A DNA stretch of 64,000 nucleotides, taken from assembly GCF_009834535.1 (NCBI RefSeq), contig NC_045697.1, positions 51,896,001 through 51,960,000 on the forward strand, written 5' to 3'. Under the pieces are notes generated by a model. It ran no database searches. It saw nothing but the letters and a program-made list of their open reading frames with translations, and was not told the origin of the DNA. The translations under genes and the position numbers were made by a program. Source of the stretch: Camelus ferus (taxonomy: Eukaryota). Numbering within the stretch: position 1 is the stretch's first letter; each line of letters opens with the position of its first letter. Of this stretch, positions 13,387-22,711 are shown one piece after another.

Positions 13387-13894
13387 AAGAATGCAGCATT
13401 AAAAGGCTGATTGGAAGCTTCCTTATGCCCCATACTTGTTTGCTGGTTGGCTCCACTGTGGGGTGAACCTACTGGGCTATGTCATTGAAAGACCCTCAGT
13501 TATTTGTACATTTAGGGATTTTCTAATGACATGATCAGATTCTATAGAACAGAATCGATCTCCTACCTGGGGTACAAGCCTGTCTAGTAGCTGTGGTGGA
13601 AGCTGTACGTGTAGAGGCATCTGGGGTCACCTCGCCACTCCACGTGTGGGCTTTTACATAACCCCTTGTTTTCTCTGTGGGCTTTTTCTCTCTTGACTGT
13701 GTCTGTTGTCCGTCAGTTAAAAGTCTGCTTCACTTTCTACAGAGGATAACTCTCCTGTCTTCTTCTGGGTCAGAGGAGGGGCAGTGACCCAACAGGACTA
13801 AGGAGATCGGGGAGAACAGGGAACAGGAGACCTAACTCCTTGCAAATAGAATTCCCACCAGTGCCTCTGCTTTCAACTTTGCCTTCATCCCCAT

Positions 13895-13896
13895 TT

Positions 13897-13975
<79 letters not shown>

Positions 13976-14051
13976 CTCTTCTCTCTTTCTTCTTTCTCTC
14001 TTTCTCTCTTTCTCTCTCTCTTTCTCTCTTTCTCTCTTTCTTTCTTTTTTT
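13895..14051. repeat. (CTTT)n/(CT)n compound microsatellite
   Basis: directly visible; derived from the retrocopy tail. Confidence 0.95.
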
Positions 14052-14378
14052 GATTTAAAGTATTTTATTTTCTTTCTCCATGTAGGAAGACTATAAAGTT
14101 AGAAAATTTTACCAAAGTTTAATAATATAATAATCCTTGATTCTTTAAAACAGCCACCAGCTTTTTAGCTCTGGATACACGGTTACACAACCCTGTGGGA
14201 CTGATTCAACCAGAACTATCATTCTTTCTCAGGAAAGCACAGAGACAATCTTTTTCAAGAGGCCTTGCATTCCAACTCCACAGACTGAAAAACTCCTGTT
14301 ACAAGACAGAAGCCAGCTAAGGGCAAGAAGATCAGGCTGCGATCAACCTACTCACTGCCCTGGGGCACACAGGGCTCC
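13899..14378 (-). pseudogene. 5'-truncated retrocopy (or orphan L1 3' transduction) of an unidentified polyadenylated RNA
   Basis: TSD CATCCCCATTTTC at 13886-13898 and 14379-14391; minus-strand AATAAA at 14064-14069, 12 nt before an A-rich tail (13899-14051). Confidence 0.8.
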
Positions 14379-15755
14379 CATCCCCATTTTCACAGCCTCA
14401 CTTCCACCTCTGGCCACTAACACCCGTACGTTTCTAAGGTCCTGCTGTCACACCTCTTTGATTCTCAGCTTATACTGCAGACTTCACTTTATCTTTCTTA
14501 GGTCTGCTGTGTTAGTCGCCATATATCCAACTGCTTCTCTAGGTTCCAAAATGGTCTTTTGACGGCTTCTTCTTCAGTTTTGTTTTGTTTTTTTTTTTTT
14601 GCCTTTTTTGGTGTATACCATTTTGTTTAGTTTTTATTTGTCATTCTGGGAATTTCAGGAGAGAATAAAGATAGTCAAAATTATCTATGACAGTGAAGAA
14701 TATACTTCTCATGTAATGCCTGTCTTCAAATGAGTCACTATCGAGAGCTTCAAAATTGAGTAAAATTTCTTAGTTGCCACAATCCATTTCGCTGCCAGTT
14801 TGACAAGCTAAGGCGGTCTTAAACTCTGAATAGCAAAGACTGTCAAGGTTTTAGCCTGTTTATATCTTTCTGCTCCATATATACAGAAAGAAAAAAATTG
14901 CAGAGGGAAAGTAACTTTGGAAAAGACGAACAATTTGCCCCCATTAAATACTGACAGACTGATTACGATGACAGCCCTTTGGGACATACATAGTGAGAAC
15001 TGTCTGTGATGTTGTAGCCACAGCTAATCTGGAGACTGCTAGGGGGACTGACATTGACACTGGGATTTGGGACTGTCCCTTGGGAAATTTTTTTTTTTAA
15101 TATCTCTTTGGAAATATTTCTATCAGGTGCATTCATAGTAGCAGTTTCTGCTCAGGCCTGGATGCACACGACCTTTACCTTTTAGTCAGGCCCAGTAAGG
15201 GCCAATATGAATAACTGAATTTTCCAAACAGGGTGAATATGCCAGGTAGCCTTCAAAGCAACAACTCTAGAGGTGGAACGGTAATTGCAGTCAGAATGTT
15301 AAAACATGAGTAAACTCATGAGGTCATGAAAAAGCAGCAGCAGCAGCCAAATCAGCCTGTGGTAGCAGGCATCAGATGGATCCCTTTTTCTTAATTTCCT
15401 TTCGGATATTTAACACCACGATTTAATACAGCTGAGAATGAGTTGGTGCTATTTTTGAAAACCATCATCATGCCTGAATCTAACGGGACAACCTTAAGAT
15501 GAATTTCAGAAATCCTCTGTAGATGATCCTTTAGGGAAAAAAGAAGGTTTCAGAGTCACTGGGAAGCAGAAAAATATTAAGGCATGAAAAATAAAGGTGT
15601 CAGAAAATTCGAAGATTTTTTGCTTGATGCATCCATCTTTCTGAAACCGCCCCAGGAACTGCAGTTCGCCCCTCTGGGAGGCACGTCACTCAGAGCAGAA
15701 AAGGCTAGGCTTGCGGGGCAGGATGTTCACTCTTAACCACCCCCTCCACCCCCAG

Positions 15756-15963
15756 CTGGGCCGCGGAGGCGTGGGAGCACTGCACCAAAACCTGCGGCAG
15801 TTCCGGCTACCAGCTCCGGACCGTGCGCTGCCTCCAGCCACTCCACGACGGCACCAACCGCTCTGTGCACAGCAAGTACTGTGTCGGGGACCGTCCCGAG
15901 AGCCGCCGGCCCTGTAACAGAGTGCCCTGCCCGGCCCAGTGGAAAACAGGGCCCTGGAACGAG
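15756..15963 (+). CDS. ADAMTS3: ADAMTS3 coding exon (TSP1 repeat), WAAEAWEHCTKTCGSSGYQLRTVRC...CPAQWKTGPWNE
   Basis: ccccAG acceptor, GTGGGT donor; 208 nt, phase 2-0; WxxCxxxCG and RxVxC TSP1 motifs. Confidence 0.96.
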
Positions 15964-16136
15964 GTGGGTGTGCGGATTCTGTGCGCACGTGTGAGCTTGT
16001 GAAGCTTTAATCTGGTTTTAGTATCAGGTAGGCTTTGTGTGAATTGAGAAACTGTGGCAATTTGGAATCATTAAGCCCCTGCAGGTTAGGAACAATTAAT
16101 ATTTGAAGACAGTGTTTGCATGTAAGATTAGTTGAC

Positions 16137-16154
16137 GGGGGGGGGGGGGGGGGG
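16137..16154. repeat. G18 homopolymer
   Basis: directly visible. Confidence 0.95.
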
Positions 16155-17673
16155 ACCAGGTTTGGGTATTTTGATGACTCAGAGGCATCTAAATGGGGAC
16201 TGATCTGTCTCCTGTCTTTGTTAATTGCACCCCTTCTCCTGGATACATTCCAAATCCCTGACCCTGGATGCAGGGCGCTGTCCCATTTAGCCATGCAAAA
16301 GAACTCTTCTGTTTTTCTTTTTATAGAGGTATAACTGACATAGCATTATATTAGTTTCAGGTGTACGACTTAATGCTTTGATATTTGTATACATTGCAAG
16401 TAAATCCCACTATTACTTTTCTTGTTCGAGATCTTTTTTATTCCAACTCTTTGTCCCAGTTTGAGTAAACTTCTCACTGTTCCAAAGACCAAGATGGTTC
16501 CAGCTTCCTGCCTTTTGGCTGGCCTACCCTTTCCCCTCTTCCTATCTAACCTGCTCACCTTCATCCACCAAGGTTCAGTTCCGTGGCCCAAAATACCACC
16601 TTCCAGGGGTGCCTCTCCCAAAGTCCTTCCTCTGCATCCCAAAGGCAAAGAGGCCTACCTCTGGCTTACTGATCACAGCAGTGTGCTGTGACTCCTGTCT
16701 CTGAGCCTGCGCTCACCACTAGTCCATGCACTGCATTTCTCAAACACCATGTGCTTTGCTTCCCCAGCGCCTAGCTGGTGCCTGTCCCAATGTTGTCTGT
16801 TTGGTGACTGGCTGAATCAGTATCTCTTTGCCTGTATTAACTACAGGTCTTTGATATTTCTAAAGACTCTAAATGAAGAATCATGGGGTCATAGTAGAGT
16901 AGATAGAAGGAGAGGGCAGCAAAAAGCAGGCAGAGAACAAAGGAGGGAGCAGAGAGCAGGATAGGGAGGAAAGGAACAGGCAAAAGAAGGTGCCTGCACA
17001 GGACCATGAGGATAACTCATGTCTCATTCTCTTCCGAGTCCTGGCACAAGCGTCCCTCCTCTACCGCTCCCACCGAGATCAGTAGCATGGTTATTTCTGG
17101 GCTTAGTTTTAGAGCAGTGAGCCCCTTCCTTAAAGAAACGGATGGGAATAGAGTTATAGTAGTTCCAAAGAGGTTGAATTAACCAACATAGGATGTCAAT
17201 AAATTCGCCACCTGTAAGTAAAGTGAAAGAATGAGAAGCCCTGATCCATGATCAGCTCCCTAAAATGGGCTCCACTAGTGTCTTTAGGAACTATGGCAGG
17301 TGTTACATTAGAATAATGGCTTCTTTGGCATCCCATGCTTACCACGTGTCAGGCAAACTGCTTTACATACACTGTCTCCTTTGCCTTCCTTTTGTTCTAC
17401 AACAATTCTATGAGACTTTCAGAAAAAAAGCAAGACGCTCAAGCTGGTAAAGGATGGAGTTAGGGTATGTACCTAGGGTTCTCTGTCTCCAAAGTCACTA
17501 TAACACTGCATCATAGAGTAAGAACTCCAGCACTATGTGTATGCTTGTGTGTGTATTCTTGTGTGTGTGTATGCTTGTGTGTGCATGTGTGTGCATACAT
17601 GTGCACGCGGGGGAAAGAAGAAAGACAGGCCTGGTGGAATAAATGTCTGTAATCACAGCCTTTGTTTCCATAG

Positions 17674-17791
17674 TGTTCAGTAACCTGCGGTGAAGGGACG
17701 GAAGTGAGGCAGGTCCTCTGCAGGGCTGGTGACCACTGCGAAGGCGAAAAGCCCGAGTCTGTCCGAGCTTGTCAGCTGCCTCCCTGTAATG
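17674..17791 (+). CDS. ADAMTS3: ADAMTS3 coding exon (last TSP1 repeat), [16 protein letters not shown]...RACQLPPCN
   Basis: tttgtttccatAG acceptor, GTAGGT donor; 118 nt, phase 0-1; CSVTCG motif. Confidence 0.96.
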
Positions 17792-18357
17792 GTAGGTGTG
17801 ACACTAATTGATTTCACTATTCTGAGAATGGTTTTGAAGCCTCAAAAAGCAGAATTTCCTTTCAGGAAAAGATCTGGATTTTCCATTTGCTTATTGAAAA
17901 AATGACCAAAGGAAAACACACTTGAAATACCAGCCCAATCCAGCTCTTTAAGATGGGTGTTTGTGGCAATGTCCCCCACCAGTTAATACCATAACCACTG
18001 CAGACTCCCTGGTTCCCAGTATGTGGTAGTGCTGGGGTGAGGGCGGTGTCGTGTATGTGTGGTGTCTGTCAGCTTTCTCGTAGGAGCTACTTTATTTTCT
18101 CTGTTTGATTTTCTTTATAACTTCATAATTCAAAGGCATAACCATGGAGAAGGGTTTGCAATATTTTACTAAAATTGCTCAATTTAGACATGTAGATGAT
18201 AAATGTCATTCACAAAGCCATTTCCAGTATTTGTCCAGGCATTTCCAGGGACTTCAGCAGGGTGCTTTCGAAATAGATACCTTGTACATACACTAAAATT
18301 TGCCTGACCTACTCTTGCTCTATTACGAAAGCAGTCTCTCTTCTCTATTTTAAAGTA

Positions 18358-18979
18358 CAGGTCTTTCTCACTTTACAATGGCATTACATCCTTGTAAATT
18401 CATTGTGAGTTGAAAGTGCAGTCAGTTGAAAATGCATTTAATACACCTAACCTACCAAACATCACAGCTTAGCCTCTCCTACCTTAAAGGTGCTCAGAAC
18501 ACTTACGTTAGCCTATAATTGGGTAAAATCATCTAACGCAAAACCTATTTTATAATTAAGTGTTGAATATCTCATATAATTTATTGAATACTATACTGAA
18601 GGTGAAAAATGGAATGGTTGTCTGGGTACAGAATGGTTGTAAGTGTATCAGTCCTTTGCCCTCGTGATCTCATGGCTGATCAGGAGCTGTGACTGGCGCC
18701 CTAGCCAGCATCACGAGTGATTCCACATATCACTAGCCCAGAAAATATCCATGTTCAAAATTCGAAGTACAGTTTCTACTGGATGCATATAGCTTTCACA
18801 CTATCATAAAGTCAAAAAATCTAAGTAGGGGGCACGGTGTAGCTCAGTGGTAGAGTGTGTGCTTAGCATGCATGAGGTCCTGGGTTCGATTCCCAGTACC
18901 TCCATTAAATCAATCAATCAAATTACCTACTCCCTCCCAAAAAAATCTGAGTGGAATCATCCCAAGTCAGGGACATCTG
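18358..18979. mobile_element. TcMar-Tigger non-autonomous element (MER47/Tigger5-like), split by a SINE
   Basis: TA|CAG...CTG termini; gaaaatgcatttaatacacctaacctacc body. Confidence 0.8.
18828..18940 (+). mobile_element. tRNA-Ala-derived SINE (Vic-1-like)
   Basis: A box TAGCTCAGTGG, B box GGTTCGATTCC, AT-rich tail; TSD AAAAAATCT(A/G)AGT on both sides. Confidence 0.85.
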
Positions 18980-19039
18980 TGTAATTCAGTTTGCTATTGT
19001 AAAATCAGTAGCATGTATGGATGGTTTCAGTTGCTATCA

Positions 19040-19680
19040 CTCTGTCTCCTCCTCCTTCCTTTCTGTCACTCCATGCACCTGTCTCTGTCCTCTTGTCTCA
19101 TTTTGTGTCTCCACTTCGCTCTTCTCTCATTTCCTCTGTCAGGTTTCACTCTCTCTCTCTGCCTCTGACTTGCTGTCCCTTGCTGCCTGTGTGTTGCTCA
19201 TTTCCTGTGTCTGTCACATACTGCTTTTCCACCTCTTTCTTCTTGCTCTCTCTTCTCCATCTCCTACCTAGTCTCCCTACCTCTACTCTCTGTCTCTCTC
19301 ATTTTGGCTTCTCTGCTCTCTCCTGACTCTCCTTTTTCTCTCCCCCACCCTTTCTAACACCTCTCTTGCCCCCTTTTCTGGCACGTGTGTCTGTCAGTCT
19401 CTTTCTTTCTCTTGCACTTTCCTCTGTCCTTTCCCCACCCTCCCTGGCCTCTCCCTATCTCTGCCACTCCCTGTCTGTCTCTCCATCTCCCCTACCCTGC
19501 CTCCCAGTCTCCTGCCTTCCCAGCCTTCTGTCTTTCCCAACCCCATGTCTCTTCCCCTCTGACTCTCTCTGTCTGTCTGTCTCTCCCTCCACTGCCTGTC
19601 TGCTCCCTCCCCCATCTGTGTCATACAATCTCCCCATCCTCTCCTTACCCCCTCCCCTCCCCCCACCCCAAGCTTCCCCT
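19040..19680. repeat. Long pyrimidine-rich (CT-rich) low-complexity tract
   Basis: directly visible strand asymmetry over ~640 bp. Confidence 0.9.
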
Positions 19681-20159
19681 TACATGTAATTTTCCAACTT
19701 CAACGCCTCATGACAGCTGTGGACATTGCTTTGCCCACTATTGAGACTTGGAACTAAAGAAGTTGCCTTTTCCTTGGTCTCCAACCCCATAAGTAAGCGA
19801 TTGACTGAATATTGACACCTGCTGAATGTCCTTTCTTTTTTTTGAGAGAATTGGCCAGGCACTATTTTATCAAATGTGTTATTTCGTGAGGAAATTTCGG
19901 GCTTCCAAAGAAACCTTATGGATTATTTCATTATAAATTTTCTTGTGAAATGTGGGGTGGCATGAACAAATATGACCATGAGGGGGAGACAGAGGACTTA
20001 TACATTTAATCATTTTTCTCTGGAAACTATGTTTGAAAGTAAAAAACACAAGTCAAAGCCCAAAGAACAAACTTTACCCAGTTAGAAGCTGCAAAGTTTA
20101 CTGTCACCATAATATTTTACTTTTATTAGGCATTACTGCCAGGAGGCCAAATACTTTTT

Positions 20160-20294
20160 AAAAAAATTTTTTTTGAGGTGAAAGTAATTAGATTTATTTA
20201 TTCTTCTTATTTTTTTTAATGGAGGGACCGGTATTGAACACAGGACCTTGTGCATGCTAAGCACTGCACTCTACCACTAAGCTATACCTTCCCC
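20160..20294 (-). mobile_element. tRNA-Ala-derived SINE (Vic-1-like), older copy
   Basis: reverse complement of the same family; degenerate TSD GGAGGCCAAATACTTT / GGAAGCTAAATACTTT. Confidence 0.85.
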
Positions 20295-21659
20295 TGGAAG
20301 CTAAATACTTTAGATCTTAAAAACTGATAGCTATATATTTCTGCAGATATGCCCAATTGCCAGTGAGAATTTGCTTGATTCTCTACCTTAAGCCAAAGAA
20401 AAATGTTATAGGCATAGGAAAAGTAATTCAGATATGATGAGGAACTGGTGCTTGAGGCAAAACCCATTAATGTGATTCTCAGGCATTTACAACCCAATTA
20501 GATGATTACCTTAGCTAATATGAAATACTCAGATACATCATGCTGTATCATAGATGTATAAATGCCAGTTTGGGACGTGGACATGGCATTGCAACTCTAA
20601 CAAAGTATAGGTTTAGCCTCCACTGACCTTACCAACTGAGCCTCCTCTTTTTTCCTTCCCCCTCAAACTTTAGAAAAAGGATGTAATTTCTATGGCGAGT
20701 TACATAGCAGGTTTCTCACCTAGCTATATAGAATTACCCAGTATCACCTTGCAATTGTAAGTGGTCTTCTTACACAAATGCCACAATTTACAATTCTTTG
20801 CATTTGTTAACCAGGTATCAGATCACTACCTCTGTGTTGGACTGTGTGTGTGGACTCTGTCTAGGATACGCCCTGGAATGGCTGAAAATAAGTACAAACT
20901 AACATTTTCATGAGCTCAATATTTGGATTTTTTTGAAATCTAATTCTTATAACCTATAATCAGTAAAATTTTAAAATAATAGAAATACTATGTACACACA
21001 CACCTACCAAGGGTTTTATGTGTGTGACTTTAGTCTTCTTTAAACAGAAAGTACTAGCAATTCAATGAATTAAATTCAAGAACCATGCATTATTCATAAG
21101 AAAGTTGGTACACTTTACTCAGATTTGTACTTTCAAATAACAAATAACCTGAGAATGTTCAACAGTAAATATGAAACTATTGCATTCATTCTGGAGAATA
21201 TTCTCCAGATCAAAATGGTATCTTGATTTTTCTTTTGGTAACATAGTTTTAAGATTTAATTTGCTCCAACAGGTCTTTAGTATTTATTTTGATTTTAAAT
21301 TTAATATAGAGATCACTCTATTATAAAGACAGATATACCATAAAATTAACAAAACAGATACCCCTCTATATCTTAAAAATATAATAAAATGATTTCTAGT
21401 TTCTCATTCTAAAATCAGATGTGTGTTCCTATAGGAAGAAAAAAATACCGTTGGTCTGAAGAGTCTTGATGGACATGTGAAAATGCTGGTCAATTCAAGT
21501 GCTTTGCACATAGAGGATTACTTATTTTACAAATTCATCCTATCATTCATATTTTTGATGCAAAGACTCATGTGAACAACTTCCATCAATGTCAGATTTT
21601 ACTTAAATCTTTTTATATTTATAAGCAATTTTATTTTCTTCTCTCCTATTTATTTTTAT

Positions 21660-22100
21660 TTATATCTATTTCATTTTACATTTAAATTAGTTGATGTACA
21701 ATATTCTGTTAGTTTCAGATGTACTACATAGTGATTTTGCATACATTATGCATAGTGTATTTGCATATATTGTGAAATGATCACCAGGATAAGTCTAGCA
21801 ACCGTCTGTCCCCAGAGTCATGACCATATCACTGGCCGTATTCCTTATGCTGTGTATCACATGCCTGTGGTATTTATTTTATAAATGGAAGTTTGTACCT
21901 CTCAATCCCCTTCACCTATTTTGCCCCCTCCCCTAGCAACCACCCATTTGTTCTCAGTATCTCTGATTCTGTTTTTGTTTTGGTTTTTTTGTTTTGTTTT
22001 GTTTTGTTTTCAGATTCCACATATAAGTGAGATCATACAACGTTTGTCATTCTCTGACTTATTTCACTTGGCATAATGCCCTCTAGCTTCATCCAAGTAG
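21660..22100 (-). mobile_element. L1 3' end fragment ending ~50 bp upstream of the last ADAMTS3 exon
   Basis: cagattccacatataagtgagatcatac, ttatttcacttggcataatg. Confidence 0.85.
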
Positions 22101-22151
22101 CCTTCCTTTTATGCTGAGATGTATTATTTTGTTTTCTTTTCGTCTTTGCAG

Positions 22152-22711
22152 ATGAGCCGTGTTTGGGAGACAAGTCCATATTCTGTCAGATGGAGGTGCT
22201 GGCCCGATACTGCTCCATACCAGGTTATAACAAGCTATGTTGTGAGTCGTGTAGCAAGCGCAGTAGCACCCTGCCACCTCCCTACCTTCCAGAAGCTGCT
22301 GAGACTCAAGACGATGCTATCTTTAACCCCAGTGACCTCCCTGGCTCTCTAGTGATGCCTACATCTTTGGTTCCTTACTATTCAGAGACTCCTGCTGAGA
22401 AGAAGAAACTTTTGAGTAGGCTCTCTTCTGTGGGAGACCCAAATGCATATGCTGCTTTCAGTCCAAACAGTAAACCAGATGGTGCTAACTTCCCCCAGAG
22501 GAGAGCTCAGCCAGCAGAAGGTCACACTCTGAGACTGGCTTCCCCACCCACCGAGAGTGGCCACCTCAGTTCATCTCCACAAATGGCTGCTGCCCCCTTC
22601 CTTGCAGTCAGTGATTCCATAGGTGCTTCTTCTCAGGCAAGAACCTCAAAGAAAGAAGAAAAGATTATTGACAGGAGACGTCCAATAAGATCATCCACCT
22701 CGGAAAGATGA
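22152..22711 (+). CDS. ADAMTS3: ADAMTS3 terminal coding exon (PLAC domain and C-terminal tail), (D)[33 protein letters not shown]...RSSTSER*
   Basis: long pyrimidine tract with tgcAG acceptor; phase 1; six-Cys PLAC pattern ending CCESC; TGA at 22709-22711 (ORF 22163..22711). Confidence 0.96.

Larger units (their letters stand above)
12290..14660 (-). mobile_element. Very old L1 5'/ORF1-region fragments hosting two younger insertions
   Basis: decayed antisense L1M-like sequence (ttccctcagaattttt, tctggtgttgctgttgaaaaatc). Confidence 0.5.

Noticed and set aside
15686..15988. Antisense 100-aa and alternate-frame 68-aa ORFs over the GC-rich exon
   Set aside because: Shadow ORFs of a GC-rich coding exon; the true frame is fixed by splice phases and TSP1 motifs
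17654..17673. Alternative acceptor CAG 15 nt upstream of the exon at 17674
   Set aside because: Poor pyrimidine tract; using it would add an in-frame TAG, and nothing in the sequence suggests it is used
18828..18905. Possible tRNA-Ala(AGC) gene
   Set aside because: Imperfect stems, a SINE-type tail and flanking TSD, insertion into a transposon, and a second family copy at 20160-20294 all indicate a SINE
18857..19744. Cluster of ~100-aa ORFs rich in S/L/P/C
   Set aside because: Artefact of the CT-rich low-complexity tract, which lacks stop codons
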